The position numbers and the translations under genes are program-made. The notes beneath the pieces were generated by a model. That model made no database searches and had not been told where the DNA came from. It saw nothing but the letters and a program-made list of their open reading frames with translations. Source: an uncultured delta proteobacterium (GTDB taxonomy: Bacteria; Myxococcota_A; Polyangia; Polyangiales; Polyangiaceae). Taken from it: 64,000 bases of DNA. The stretch is taken from the NCBI GenBank assembly GCA_963827955.1, contig CAWHDJ010000018.1, forward strand, positions 1,053,297 to 1,117,296, given 5' to 3'. Shown here one piece after another: positions 1-11,616 of the stretch (position 1 is the first letter of the stretch; each line of letters starts with the position of its first letter).

Positions 1-1065
1 GCGCCCTCGCAATGCGCTTTGTTCTGGGGTCGCTGCGTCGTCGCACGAATGGGGATGGTGACGTCGCCGAGCGCGGTCCTGACCTCGTCGGTGTGGTTCG
101 AGGGCTTGTTGTCGAGCAGCAGCGCGAGCGGCTCCTCTTGCGTCGTGGTGATGCCGTCGGCGAGGGCCTCCGTTATGGCGGCGCTGTCCTCCTCCTCTCG
201 GATGGACATGCCGACGAAGCCCCCGCTGTACGTGTCGACCATCAGCTCGAGGTTGAAGACGAAGCGCTGGCCGTTGAGCGTGACGGCGATCGGCGAGCCG
301 TCGCCAATCCACTGCGCGCCGCCGAAAAAGGTGGCGAAGGAGTTGCGCAGCGCGTCCTCGTCGGGCGAGCGTCCAGGCCGCCGTCGCGGCCGGCGCTTGC
401 CGTACACGGAGAGGATGTTGGAGATGAGCGCGGGCCCGAAGGAGACGCGCTGCTCCTCGCGCAGGTACTTGCAGAAGTCCCGGAAGGTGCCCTCCCAGCC
501 CTTCCAAGAGGCGAGCACCACCTCGATCTCCGCGCTCGGGTGCACCGTGCCCGGTGCGTCCGCGTTGTCATCACCATCGGGCGCGCCATCACGGCCCCCA
601 CTGCCTACGCCCGCGGCGAGCCAATCCTTCAAGGTGCCCAGCGGGATCATGACCGCCTCGGCGAAGTGCTCGAGCTTCCACGTCGCGGTGAAGCTCGCGC
701 AGCTCCAGGACGTACCGGCGGAAGGCGTCGCCGTAGTAGGTCCGCTGGGGCCCCTCCGAGACACAGCCCGGGTGGGCCCTTATGAAGGCCGTGACGGCGC
801 GCAGCAGCGTGTACGCCACGTCGCGGTTGACCTCGCATGGCGGCGACGGGGGCCGGCCGACGGGGCGCAGCACCGAGGGCAGGACGCGGCGCAGCTCGTC
901 GCGCACCTCGTAGGCGCGGCTACGCGAGACGCCCGTGGCCGCGGTGATCTCTTCGACGGTGGGACCGGCCAGCCCGCGGGCGCGCTGGTGCTCGTGCGCC
1001 AGCAAGAGCACGCCAGCGACGAGCACGGTGGAGACAGCGGCGCCGATATCGGCTACGGCCGCCAT
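1..1065 (-). mobile_element. DDE (rve/integrase-core) transposase. N-terminal HTH part lies in ORF 589..1065. The catalytic core (WIGDGS ... LLLDNKPSNHT) lies in a different minus-strand frame from about 780 down to 1. The C-terminus is cut by the window edge and there is an apparent frameshift near 660-780.
   Basis: Manual translation of the minus strand 1-780 gives ...WKLEHFAEAVMIPLGTLKDW...FCKYLREEQRVSFGPALISNILSVYGKRRP...FFGGAQWIGDGSPIAVTLNGQRFVFNLELMVDTYSGGFVGMSIRE...PLALLLDNKPSNHTDEVR, which is an rve-type DDE core. The upstream ORF 589..1065 carries an HTH (TVEEITAATGVSRSRAYEVRDEL). The plus-strand ORFs 12..785 and 19..1230 are its antisense. Confidence 0.55.
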
Positions 1066-1383
1066 CTGGTCCTTCGGAGCGGACGATGCGCGGACTTCAG
1101 CCTGCTCGGGTCCATCCCCCGCTCTCCGTCCAGCGGCGCTACGTCTGCGAGGCCATTGAGGTCGTCGGCTCTCCAGAGCGGGGGCTACGCGTCGATGTCG
1201 GCGAGGAACTCACCGCCTGACCCGATCTGATCGTGCGCACGACGCAGGTCGGACGCGCCTTCTCATGCGGCCAGGGTATCGTCACGCCGACCATCCGCGG
1301 ACGATCGTGTGCCGCCACTGGACGTCGAACGTCGGTCCGGCAGCGCGCTGTACGATGAAGCATGAGACCCACGTCCATCGTAC

Positions 1384-2361
1384 TCAGCGCGGCTCCGATG
1401 GCGCCGCGCGCCGACCCGGAGCGATCTCGACGCCACAGACCACACGCGACTCTGGCGCGCCGAGCTGCTGGCTGCCGAGCCCTACGCCGATCCTCAGTCG
1501 GAGCAGGAGCCCCGTGACCGCCGGCCCTTCGAAGCGGCTCGTCAGGAGCCCTTCCACCGCCGTGCCCGTCTCACCGAAGAACGAGCGCAGCGCCGTCGCG
1601 CCGAAGACTTCGGGTCCGACGATGAGGGACCAGTCGTCGCGTCGCCCGAAGGGCAGCCTCACGCCGCCGGCGAAGCCGAAGAGAAACTCGCTGCCGTGCG
1701 GGGCCCCGGGGGCGGGCGCCTCGTCGAGCGGTCGGACGTGGACGCCGACGTGGCCCGCGTACGTGAAGGCGTGCGCGTCGCCGGCAAAGAGGAGCCGGAA
1801 CATGCCCCGGAACGTGTCGTCGGTCGCGTAGTCGGAGCGGTTGCCGTTCGGGATGAAGAGCTGAGCGCCGGCGCCGAGACGGAACGGGGCCCGCCTTTCG
1901 CCGAAGAGGCGCACGTCCGCGCCAAGGCGCACGTCGGAGATCGGGTCGGGGTTCGACCCCGGGTCGAGCGACGGGCCGGTGAACCCGTACCCGCGCACCG
2001 TGCCGCTGTCGCCCTGGATAGCGAGCGGCGAGGTGGCGTTCAGGTAGAAGCGGAAGCGGTCGTAGGTGATCGAGGCCCCCACGTCCATGAACGCCTCGTC
2101 GGAGACGACGGCGAGGCGGTGGGTGCCGTCGCCGACGCGCAGCGGGTTCCTTGCGTATCCGAACGTGAGCCCCATGGCGCCATGCAGGCCGCCGTACAGA
2201 TCGAGCTCGTCCATCACGAGCCAGCCGCCGCCCGGGGCCGAGGGATAGAAGCGCTCGACCGCGAACCCCTGGACGGGCTGCTGCGCCAGCGCCCGCGACG
2301 GGGCGGCGGCCATCACCGCGAGGACGGCGAGGCCGAGCGCGCGGCGGCTAGAACTCCGCAT
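1384..2361 (-). CDS. Secreted or outer-membrane protein of unknown function, with a signal peptide and a likely beta-rich fold.
   Basis: ORF 1384..2361 starts MRSSSRRALGLAVLAVMAAAPSRALAQQ, a cleavable signal peptide. It is Gly/Phe/Tyr-rich with alternating hydrophobics. It lies 10 bp downstream of the porin gene in the same orientation. Confidence 0.55.
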   Translation of the reverse strand: MRSSSRRALGLAVLAVMAAAPSRALAQQPVQGFAVERFYPSAPGGGWLVMDELDLYGGLHGAMGLTFGYARNPLRVGDGTHRLAVVSDEAFMDVGASITYDRFRFYLNATSPLAIQGDSGTVRGYGFTGPSLDPGSNPDPISDVRLGADVRLFGERRAPFRLGAGAQLFIPNGNRSDYATDDTFRGMFRLLFAGDAHAFTYAGHVGVHVRPLDEAPAPGAPHGSEFLFGFAGGVRLPFGRRDDWSLIVGPEVFGATALRSFFGETGTAVEGLLTSRFEGPAVTGLLLRLRIGVGLGSQQLGAPESRVVCGVEIAPGRRAAPSEPR

Positions 2362-3815
2362 GGATCTTCATCCCCGGGATGTGCGATCGGGCCCGCGCGA
2401 TCGGCGTTGTAGCCGGGGTTCCAGATGAGCTGGTAGTCGGCTGCCAGCCGAATCGCGCGGAAGAGGTTCGCGCTGTAGAACGTCTCGACGAGGCCCTCGG
2501 GCGCCTGGCGGAGGTGGCCGTCGCCGATGAACCCGTCGACGCCGCCCATCGCCAGGTACTTCGCGTGGATCTGCGAGATCCAGCTCATCTGGAAGCCGAT
2601 GCCCGTGATGTCGAGGGGACGCCTCCAGGGGGCGCCCCGCGCCACCACGGCGAACGAGAGGTCCGCGTCGGCGGAGTCGTAGGCGTCGACCTCGGACTGG
2701 CCGTCGGAGATCATGGCCCGCAGCGCGAGCCCGACGTCCTTGGTGACGAGCTGGTCGGCGTTGATGCCGACGCCGAGCTTGGCGTTGGCCCTCCGCACCC
2801 AGCAGAAGTCGGGCGCGGTGAAGTTTTTCGAGCCGTAGTTGTAGCTGCCGGCGGGGCAGTCGCCGGCGTTCTTGCGCGGATCGGCCTCGAAGGCCGCGAT
2901 GGCCTCGTCGAATCGCCCGCTGTACACGTGGTTCAGGTAACCGAGGAGGCGCAGGGTCCCGGGCTGCCCGCCGATCGTGTGGCGATGCTCGAACTCCAGC
3001 GACTCGCCGAAGCGCTCCCAGAAGCGGAAGTCGAGCGACTGCTCGTTGGGGTTCTTGGGCGGGAGGTAGTGGCCCCACCGGATCGTCCAGTCGTCCCAGT
3101 ACAGCTCGAGGGCGGGGCCGACGGTGAAGCCGCGGGCGTCGGCGGGGAAGTCGTAGGACGAGTGCGTCATGAACGCCTCGTTGAAGAACGTGTGCCGCGG
3201 GTCCTCGAGGACGTTGTTCTTGTCGAAGAGGTCGATGACGCCGTAGTTGCCGAACGTGAGGACGAGCCGCCGGCTCTGGACGTCGCCGCCGAGCTGGAGG
3301 GGCTTCGAGTCCTGGTGTTGCGTCGCGCCGCCGAGGTTCCACGTCTGCCGGAGGAAGATGCGCGCTCGGTAGAAAGTCGGTGTCACGGAGCCGGTCTTCT
3401 GGAGCTCAAAGTCCTCGGTCACGCCGCCAAGCCCGTGGAGGCCCGAGAGCGCCCGCTCCGAGAGGATGTCGGGCTCGTAGTAGAGCTCTCCGCCAGGCCA
3501 GAGCTTCGCGCCAAGGAACAGCGAGAACGTGGCGGTGAAGCTCCGCTCGTAGTGGGTGTTGAACGAGTTGGTGCTGCCGTTCGCGTTGGTGTACGGCGCG
3601 CTGAACGGGAGCTTGAAGGCGGTGATGTACGAGAACTGCCCGTAGGCGTTCCAGCGCTCGTCGGTCAGATCGTGGAGCCCGCGGCTCGCGAGCAGGCTCA
3701 TGATGCTGAAGGTGGCGTCCTCCGCCGGCGGCGCCGGTGCGGGCTCGGCGCCCGCGCGCGCAGAGGCGCACAGGACGCAGGCGACGAGGCCAGCCTGGAG
3801 CAGGCGCGCGATCAT
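2348..3815 (-). CDS. oprB: Carbohydrate-selective porin of the OprB family.
   Basis: Internal Met of ORF 2313..4475 at position 3815 (MIARLLQAGLVACVLCASARA, signal peptide). Motifs MSWISQIHAKYLAMGG and YQLIWNPGYNADR are present. The true C-terminus ...HIPGMKIHAEF* (stop at 2348-2350) is only recovered after a 1-nt frame change near 2378-2385. Confidence 0.8.
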
Positions 3816-4325
3816 GGGCGCGCGGCGCTCGTCGTGCAGGTCGCGGCGTCGTAGGCGAGCCCCGCGAAGTCGGTTGGAAAGGCGCGCTGGGTGAGGAAGT
3901 CCGCCTCCTCTTGGCCGATGAAGCTCCCCGCGGCGCAGTCGCCGGCGAACGCCGTCGCGTCGATGGAGATCTCGAAGCGTGCCGTCGAGGTCGACCGCGA
4001 AGCCTTCCCGCGATACCACGGCGACGAGGGCCGTCGGCGGCGAGGCGCTCGTCGGGTCCCACCCCGGCGCAAGGACGGCATACGCCGTGTTGGCGGACGC
4101 GGGCACGGTGCTCTGCGGCGTCGAGGAGGCGCCGGGCAGGAGTGGCGCCGGCAGCGACGTCGCGACCCACAGCGCGTCGTAGACGACGACGTGCCTCGCC
4201 GCGTCCCGCGGGTAGCCGTTCTCGAAGACGAGGTTCGTGCTCGGTGTGTCGCACCCCGTCACCGAAAGCGACGAGAGGGCACCAGCCAAGGCGGTGGCGC
4301 GCATGAGGAGAGCGAGCGACGGCAT
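3812..4325 (-). CDS. Lipoprotein of unknown function, with an apparent frameshift near 3985.
   Basis: Met at 4325 gives MPSLALLMRATALAGALSSLSVTGC with a VTGC lipobox. The plausible C-terminal half (ISIDATAFAGDCAAGSFIGQEEADFLTQRAFPTDFAGLAYDAATC) sits in the frame of ORF 3812..4081. Its stop overlaps the oprB start codon as ATGA. Confidence 0.45.
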
Positions 4326-4559
4326 CGGGCGGCGCGCCCCAGCAACGGGCGTGCCGTCCCGCGGTCTCCGCGCGTCCGGGCAGTCCGCGTCCGTTGCTCC
4401 CGCGTCCCGGCAACTTGCCGCACCGTCGGGGCAACGAGCCGGCATTTTGCCGGGTCGGCTCTCGTACGGGGGCACGGCCTGTCGGTGGGCTCGGCGTGAC
4501 TCGGCTCACGTGCTCCGCGTGGGGGCCCAGGCACGGTACGTGCTCCATGCCCCCGCCTC

Positions 4560-5493
4560 ATGAAGCGAGAGCTCAGCGGTGCGATCGCCGTCGTGCTCGC
4601 GACCAGCGTGTGCGTGGCGTGCGCGCCGGACCGGCGCGCGCGCACCGACTCGCCGCCGCGGAGCGACGCCGTGCCCGAAACGGCGCGGCTGGAGAGGAGC
4701 TGCGAGGTCGAACAAAACGCGGAGGCGTGCCTCTCGCTCGCCGAGAACCTGCGCGACCAGGCTGGGGGCGTCGCGAGCCGCGAGGCCCGCATCGGCGAGC
4801 TCCTGGAGCGCGCGATGAAGCTCTACCGCGAGCGATGCGATCGGGGAGACCGGGACGCGTGCGGCGTCGTGGCCCGCGTCGCGAATCGAAGGCTGCTCTC
4901 GATCCCGCGCGGCGATCCGGCAGGAGACGACGTTGCGAGGACGCTCTTCGAGGCCCTGGAGAAGGGTTGCCTGGCCGGCGACGGCGCGAGCTGTCGGGAC
5001 GCGGCGAGAGCTTACGTGCGCGGCGAGCGCCTGACGCGAGATCCCGCGCGGGCGCGCGAGCTCGCCGAGCGCGGCTGCGGCGACACGCTCACCCAGGGCT
5101 GTACGGAGCTCGGGTTCATCTATGCGGATGGCGTGGGCGTCGATCCGGACGCGCGGCGCGCGCGCGATTCTGTTCGAGCGAGGCTGCGCCGGGGGCGACG
5201 GGGGCGGCTGTCTCGCGCTCGGCGGGCTCATCGCCGAGCCGGGCGATCCCTCGCCCGACATGGTGCGCGTGACCAGCCTGTTCGAGAAGGGTTGCCGGCT
5301 GAAGTACGCGCCGGCTTGCTCGGCGCTCGGTCGGCTCCTTTTGCTAGGCCAGGGCATCCCGAGGGACGAGGCGCAGGGGCTCTCGTGGATGGCGCAGGCT
5401 TGTGAGCTGGGAGACCTGTCCGCTTGCAACGAGGTCCACGCGCGGGCTCCGAACCGGCCGCCGGTCGCGCCCGCGCCGAGCCCGCTCTTCTGA
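4560..5493 (+). CDS. Sel1/TPR-like repeat lipoprotein, with a frameshift near 5150.
   Basis: MKRELSGAIAVVLATSVCVACAP (lipobox) followed by repeated ACxxLAxxYxxGxGVxxD Sel1 units. The repeats continue in ORF 5122..5493 (FEKGCRLKYAPACSALGRLLLLGQGIPRDEAQGLSWMAQACELGDLSACNE). Confidence 0.65.
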
Positions 5494-5508
5494 GGCCGCG
5501 CGAAAGCC

Positions 5509-6920
5509 ATGTCCGGCCCCGTCCGTGCTAACACGCGCGCCAACGTGCAAGGCGCCTTCCCGTCCGATTGGTCCGTTCTCGTGATCGACGACGATCGGGG
5601 GTCCGCCAGTCCCTTCGCCTCTGCCTCGAAGCCGCCGGTGCGCGCGTGTTCGGCGTGGGCACCAAGAGCGGCGCCATCGAGGCCCTCGAGCGGCGGCGCT
5701 TCGACGTGGTCCTCCTCGATCTCTGGCTCGGCGCCGAGTCGGGGCTCGACGTGCTGCCGGAGATCCTCCGACCAGCAGCCTGGCGTCGCCGTCATCGTCA
5801 TCACCGCGTTCGCCACGTTCGAGAGCGCCGTGCAGGCGATGAAGCTCGGCGCGGTCGACTATCTGCCCAAGCCGTTCACGCCGGAGCAGGTACGGCATGC
5901 GACCCAGGCGGGTCGTCGAGGCCCGCGTCCTGAAGCAGCGCGTCTCCGAGCTCGAGGAGCGGCTCGACGAGGCGGGCGCCGCCGGCTTCTTCGAGTCATC
6001 GAGCGCCTCGTTCCGCGGGTTCCTGCAAACGGCCGCGCGCGTGGCGGCGGCCGACTGCACCGTGCTCCTGCGGGGCGAGAGTGGGACCGGGAAGAACGTG
6101 ATGGCGCAGTGGGTCCGCGCGCACAGCCCGCGCGAGGGCGCGCCCTTCGTCAGCGTCAACTGCCCCGCGCTCTCCACCGAGCTGATGAGCAGCACCCTCT
6201 TCGGGCACAAGAAGGGGACGTTCACCGGGGCCGACGCCGACGCCGTCGGCAAGGTGCAGAAGGCCGAGGGTGGCACGCTCTTCCTGGACGAGGTTGGCGA
6301 CCTCGCGCCGGACGCGCAGGTGCGGCTGCTGCGCTTCCTCAACGATTGGTCCTACGAGCGCCTTGGGGAACCGAAGGAGCGCACAGCCGACGTCCGCCTC
6401 ATCGCCGCTACGAACCGGCCGCTCGAGGAGGAGGTTCGCGCAGGCCGCTTCCGCGAGGATCTCTTCTTCCGGCTCAACGTGGTGACGCTCACCTTGCCGC
6501 CGCTGCGCGAGCGGCTCGAGGACGCGTTGCCGCTCGCCCAGCACTACCTCCGGTTCTTCGCGAGGCGCAGGAGCCAGGAGCCGTGCGAACTCTCGCCCGA
6601 GGCGGAGCAGGCGATCCTCGCGCACGGTTGGCCCGGCAACCTGCGTGAGCTGTGCAACGCCGTAGAGCGCGCGACGATCCTCGCCCAGAGCCGGGTGATC
6701 CAGCCGCACGATTCCGGGCATCCCGAGCGTGGCGGGGCCTGTCTCGCGCCGCTCGGGCGCGGCGGTCGCGCTCGGTGCCGACGTCTCGCTGGACGAGCTG
6801 GAGCGCGAGCACATCGCGCGCGTGGTCGCGCGGGCGCCCACGCTGGAGGCCGCCGCGCGTACGCTCGGCATCGACGCGCGCACGCTACAGCGCAAGCGCA
6901 AGCACTACGGCCTCGCGTGA
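5509..6920 (+). CDS. Sigma-54-dependent response regulator of the NtrC family (receiver, AAA+ and Fis HTH domains). At least four frame changes are needed, near 5590, 5770, 5910 and 6720.
   Basis: Receiver pieces: SVLVIDDD, LRLCLEAAGARVFGVGTKSGAIEALERRRFDVVLLDLWLGAESGLDVLPEIL, and DQQPGVAVIVITAFATFESAVQAMKLGAVDYLPKPF. AAA+ sigma-54 core: LLRGESGTGKNVMAQWVRAHS...GAPFVSVNC...ESELFGH-like...GTLFLDEVGDL...RLNVVTLTLPPLRER. C-terminal HTH: REHIARVVARAPTLEAAARTLGIDARTLQRKRKHYGL. Confidence 0.8.
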
Positions 6921-6939
6921 GCCGGGGAGCCTCGGGGCG

Positions 6940-8809
6940 ATGATCGAGCTCAGCCTTCGCGCGCGTTTCCTCGTCTCCGGCGCCGCGCTCGTCCTCACCA
7001 CGGTCGCGTCCGGAGCCTGGAGCGCCATGGCGTTCGCGCGTCTGAGCAGCGTGGTCGGCGAGACCCTGCGCGACACCGAGCAGACCACAGCGGCGACCGC
7101 GGCGGTCGCGAACGCCCTCGAGCGGGAGGACGACGCGCTCCTCCTGTGGCTCTCCGGTGACCCGCAGGCGGAGCGGCGACTCGCGGACGAGCGTGCGAGC
7201 GTGGGGGCGGCGTTCGCCCGGCTCGACGCGCTGCTCACGACGCCGAGCGAGCACGAGGCTGCGGGCGCGCTGCGCCGCGACGTCGATGCGTACCACAGCG
7301 CCGGCGACGCCCTCGTCGCCGCCGCGCGCCACCCCGACGCCCTCGCCGGCTACCACCGCGGCGTCAACCCCCTGCTCCGGCGCGCGGTGACCGACGCCGG
7401 GAGCATCCGGGACCAGCACTTCAGGTCGACCCAGGAGGCCGCCGCCTGGGCGCGGGATGAGGCGCGCCGCGCGACCGGCATGGTCGCCGGCATCTCCTTC
7501 GCCGCGCTGCTCCTGTCGGTGATCGTCTCGTTCCGCCTGGCGCGACGGATCGTACTGGCCACTGCGCCAGCTCACGACGAGCGTCGACGCCGTTCGCCGC
7601 GGCGACTTCGAGCGTCGGGTGGAGCCGGCGTCGGACGACGAGCTGGGCCGGCTCGCGGAGGGCTTCAATCGCATGGCAGAGCACCTCGCCGAGTTCCGCC
7701 GCGCCAACATCGGGGAGGTTCTGCGCGCCAAGGAGACGCTGGAGGCGACGATCGCGGCGCTGCCGGACGCCGTCATCGTCGTGGACCCCGACGGGACGGT
7801 CTCCTCCATCAACGCGCTAGCGCGGAGCATCCTCGGCCTGGCGGCGCCGGACGAGCCCAGGGGCATGGACGATCTGCCGCTGCCGGCAGCCGCCTTCGTC
7901 GCGCTCCGCGAGGCGCTGCACGCGGACCGCCGCGAGGTCCCGACCATGCGCCTGGATCGGGCTATCGTGGTCTCGCTGGGCGGGAGGGAGCGGGCGCTCC
8001 TGCCGCGCGTCGTCCCCGTGCCGGGCTTCGCCGGCGGGCGCCGCGGCGCGGTGCTCGTGTTGCACGACGTCACCGAGCTCGTACGGCTCGACGAGATGCG
8101 CCTCGAGCTCATCGCTGTGGCGTCGCACGAGCTGCGTACGCCGCTGACGACGATGCGCATGACGCTCCTGATGCTGAAGGAAGACGCGGGCGCGCTCGCC
8201 CAGCGGCACCAGGACCTGCTCGCGACCGCGCTGCTCGGCGTGGAACAGCTCGCGGGCACGATCGACGAGTTCCTCGATCTCACCCGTATCGAGGCAGGTC
8301 AGCTCCGGCTCGCGTGGGACCGTATCGACGTCGCCGCGCTGGTCGCGCACGCCGTGCGCCCGCTCAAACCGCGCTGCGAGGAGGCCGGCGTGGCGCTCTC
8401 GGTGCGGATTGAGGAGGGCGCGCCCACGGCCCTCTGGGGGGACCCCGCGCGGCTCCAGGTCGTCGTCACGAACGTCCTGACCAACGCGCTCAAGTACACG
8501 CCGACGGGCGGGGACGTGACCGTGCGGGTGTCGCCCGACGGAGCCTGCGTGCGGATCGCCGTGACGGACACGGGCTCCGGCATCCCTCCGGAGTATCGGG
8601 AGCGGATCTTCGAGAAATTCTTCCGCGTCGAGCACGTGCAGGGCGGCGAACAGGGGGTGCGCGGGTCCGGCATCGGGCTCTACCTGTCGAGGCAGATCGT
8701 CGAAGCCCACGGCGGGCGCATCGTGTGCTTGCCGGGTGAAGGTGCGCGCGGCACGACCATCGCGTTCTCGCTGCCCGTCGAGCGGGCGGACGGCGCACCA
8801 GCGTCCTGA
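6940..8809 (+). CDS. Sensor histidine kinase (TM, HAMP, PAS-like, HisKA and HATPase_c domains), with a frameshift near 7565.
   Basis: Starts 20 bp after the regulator stop (MIELSLRARFLVSGAALVLTTVASGAW). HAMP: DELGRLAEGFNRMAEHL. H-box: VASHELRTPLTTMRM. ATPase N, G1 and G2 boxes: NVLTNALKYTP, VTDTGSGIPPEYRERIFEKFFRV, GSGIGLYLSRQIVEAHGGRI. Confidence 0.8.
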
Positions 8810-8825
8810 GCGGCGCCGCGGCGCC

Positions 8826-10022
8826 TCAGCTCGCCGGAGCTTCCCACTCGAGGGACCGGTGGATGGCCTCGATTCGGTCGACGTCGACGGGGACTCCGAC
8901 CGCGTCGCCCGCGCGGGCAAGGAAGCGCCGCTCCGGATGGCGGGTCGGGCCGCGCAGCCCAGCGACCACCGCCATCGCGTCGGCGAGCGCCGCGCGCTCG
9001 CGCGCGCCGAGCAGGGACACGCGTTCCAGCCAGCACCGCTCGTCGGGCGCGTCGATGTGCCGAGCGTCGTGCAGCGCCGCCGCCCTCTCGTCGTCCGAGA
9101 GAGACCGAGCAATGGCCGCGACGACCAGGAGCTCTTCGTACGTCGCGACGCCGTTGGCGGTGGCGAGCAGCCAGGCGCCTTCGACGAGGAGGGCGCGGGG
9201 CCCGTTGAAGCTCGCGTTTCGTAGCGCCTCGCGCAGGGCGGCGCGCCGGCGGACGAAGCAGCGGGCCGTTGCACCTACGCGCATCGTGGCCCGGTAGCTG
9301 CCCGCCGCGCCCACCGGGATGCCAACAAACGGCACGAGACCGAGCACCGCGTCCTCGAGGATGCTGCGCCCGAGCCGTGCCAGGATCTCGTCCGCCGTCG
9401 CCAGGCGCGAGGCTTCGCCAGCGCGCCACGGTCCGTCTGCTTTGCTGGCGTGGAGCGCGAGGTCGAAGATCTCTGCCAGCTCCGCCGTGTCGCGCACGTC
9501 GGACGGCACGCCGTAGATCGACCCGAGGTCGAAGACCAGCTCGATCTGCACCTTCGCGGACGCGACGATCTCGCCCGCAAGCGACGCTACAACGGCCGGG
9601 ACACAGATCGGCGCGGCGAGGCCCTCGGTCAGGATCGTCAGAACCTCGCCGACCTGGGCGCCTGCGGCCGCGAGCCCGCCGGAGAGCGCCGCTCGGCGCG
9701 CGGCGTGCGCGATGTGGCGATCGGCGCGCTCGTCCGCAGTCATGCCGGGGTAGAGGGCGTCCCAGTCGGGGCTGTTCCTCTCCGCCAGCGAGCGCTCCAC
9801 GCGCTCGCGCAGGAGCTCGCCGAACCAGCCAAGCCCCTCGGTCGGCAACACGCCGAGCCGCCGCGCGCTCGCGCGCAGCCCTTCGATGTCCAGGCTACTG
9901 GTGGTGTCCCGGCAAAATGCCGGCTCGTAGGCCGAGACGGGGGGCGAAACGCCTGGACGAGATGGGCGCGCGAAGCGCGGGAGCAGCCGCCGGACGGTGG
10001 TCGTGATGGCGCGGGTTACCAT
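8826..10022 (-). CDS. Hypothetical protein, possibly EcsC-like.
   Basis: 398-aa ORF with coding-like composition throughout. No diagnostic motif was recognised. The EcsC suggestion comes only from its Gly/Ala-rich mid region and is weak. Confidence 0.45.
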   Translation of the reverse strand: MVTRAITTTVRRLLPRFARPSRPGVSPPVSAYEPAFCRDTTSSLDIEGLRASARRLGVLPTEGLGWFGELLRERVERSLAERNSPDWDALYPGMTADERADRHIAHAARRAALSGGLAAAGAQVGEVLTILTEGLAAPICVPAVVASLAGEIVASAKVQIELVFDLGSIYGVPSDVRDTAELAEIFDLALHASKADGPWRAGEASRLATADEILARLGRSILEDAVLGLVPFVGIPVGAAGSYRATMRVGATARCFVRRRAALREALRNASFNGPRALLVEGAWLLATANGVATYEELLVVAAIARSLSDDERAAALHDARHIDAPDERCWLERVSLLGARERAALADAMAVVAGLRGPTRHPERRFLARAGDAVGVPVDVDRIEAIHRSLEWEAPAS

Positions 10023-10218
10023 GGCGCTCGCGGAGGACGCACGCTTCGTGCCCGAGTTGCCTCCTCCTTATGGAGGAGAAAGGTCCCGGCTGTTCGTGAA
10101 CTGGGCCACCGCGAGAAGACGCCCGTGCGAACGGTTTGCTGCCACACGCCTGCACGGCCCCAGGCGGTGTTCGATCGGAGGTTCGGAGGCAAGCTCCCCG
10201 CGTCGTCGCCGAGCGCGA

Positions 10219-11616
10219 TCAGGGGCGGGCGTCCGCCGGCAGCTCGAGCAGGCGCTGGCCGAGAAGCCACACCTCGGCCACGCCGCCCTTGCTCGTGACC
10301 TTGAAGAGCTCCAGGCACCGCTCGCGCAGGTCGAGCAAGTCGCTCGCGTCGCGGCCGGAGCCCGCCTCGATGCGCGCGAGGACCTCGTTGACGCGCCCGT
10401 AGTATCTGTCAGCCGGAACAAGCAGGCCGCCGAGGGCGTGGTGCGTACGCGCATGGTTGTACCAGTGCAGGTGAGCTACGAGACGCCGCCGCATCTCTGC
10501 CGAATCATAGAAGCGATGGGCGTCGAACAGCTCCTTGTGGAGATTGGCGTTGAAGACCTCCACCTTCCCATTCCACTCTTTGTGCTCGGCCTCGAGGTGA
10601 TCGATCCCGAGCTCGGTCAAGAGCGCCGTGAAGCGCGAGACACCCTTCCACGACCAGAAGGCCGCGCCCTTGTCGCTCATCACCATCTCGGGTCGACCGT
10701 GGCGCGCGATTGCCTCCTCGAAGGCGGCGATCACGAAGTCGGCTCGCTCGCCGCCCTCGTCCACGCCATGGCCGACAACGTAGCGCGAGAAGTCGTCGAT
10801 GATGATCAGCGTGAAGGTGTTCGCGCGGTGGATGTTGCGCTGCACGAAGTCCAGATGCCAGAGGTGATTCGGGCGCGTCGCCTCGTAGCGCTGGTCGTGC
10901 ACCTTGCGCTCCACCTTCGGCGGGCGATACCCCGCCCCCTCCATCACCCGGCGCACCGTGTTGACGCTCGTCCGGATGCCCTTGCGCCGGAGCTGGTTGC
11001 GGATCTGGCTCGGCCCGAGCCCCGGATGGCGGTGCCACTCGTCGAGGATCTCCTTGTCGCGCTGCGCCTCGATCTCCTTCGGCGCCGGCCCCGACGTCGG
11101 CGATGGGCCGTTGCCCGCCGCGGCGCTGTGGACCTTCCGCTGCCAGCCGTAGATCGAGTACCGGCTCACGCCGAACTTCTTGCTCGCCTCGGTGATCCCA
11201 TGCGCGGCGGCGTGCTCGAGGACCTCGGCCTTCTGCGACGGCGTGTAGATCATTGCCACCCGCCTCTTGAGCGGTCGACGCACCGGCGGTTGCATGGTTG
11301 CCGCGGGCTCCTCGCGCTTCGCCTCGGCCGGCGGCGCCCCTACCTTCGTGTTCTCGGCCTGCTCCGCGCCGGCCTGCCCCGCTGCCACCTGCCCATCGCG
11401 CGTCTCCTCCTCCGCGGCTCCCTTCCGCTTGCGTCTGGGCCGCGCTCTTTCCTTCGACTTGCGCGCCATCGTCTTCGCCCCCGCTACTTGAGCCCACTTG
11501 GTCAGGGTCGTCTGGGGGACGCCATGCTTCCTCGCCGCCGCGCTGATTCCGAGCGCGGGAACGTCCACCAGCACCGCCTCGCGCTCCTCATTCGTGTAGC
11601 TTCGTCGCGCAGCCAT
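10219..11616 (-). mobile_element. Intact transposase ORF of an IS481-like (rve DDE) insertion sequence. The element probably spans about 10150-11700, but terminal inverted repeats were not resolved by eye.
   Basis: 465-aa uninterrupted ORF. It has two N-terminal HTH segments (RKHGVPQTTLTKWAQ; KKFGVSRYSIYGWQRK) and then HLWHLDFV...IIDDFSRYVVGHGV...SDKGAAF...HARTHHALGG, the DDE/rve signature. Confidence 0.8.

Noticed and set aside
12-1230. Plus-strand ORFs 12..785 and 19..1230 (257 and 403 aa).
   Set aside because: They are antisense to the rve transposase. They are R/E/D/V/L-rich with poly-Ser runs, which is typical of wrong-strand translation in high-GC DNA.
2368-3854. ORFs 2368..3342(-) and 2379..3854(+) overlapping the oprB gene.
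   Set aside because: They have Arg-rich, low-complexity composition. The OprB motifs in the third frame explain the region.
6544-8283. 579-aa minus-strand ORF opposite the histidine kinase.
   Set aside because: Ser/Arg/Ala low-complexity antisense of a well-supported HK with H-box and ATPase motifs.
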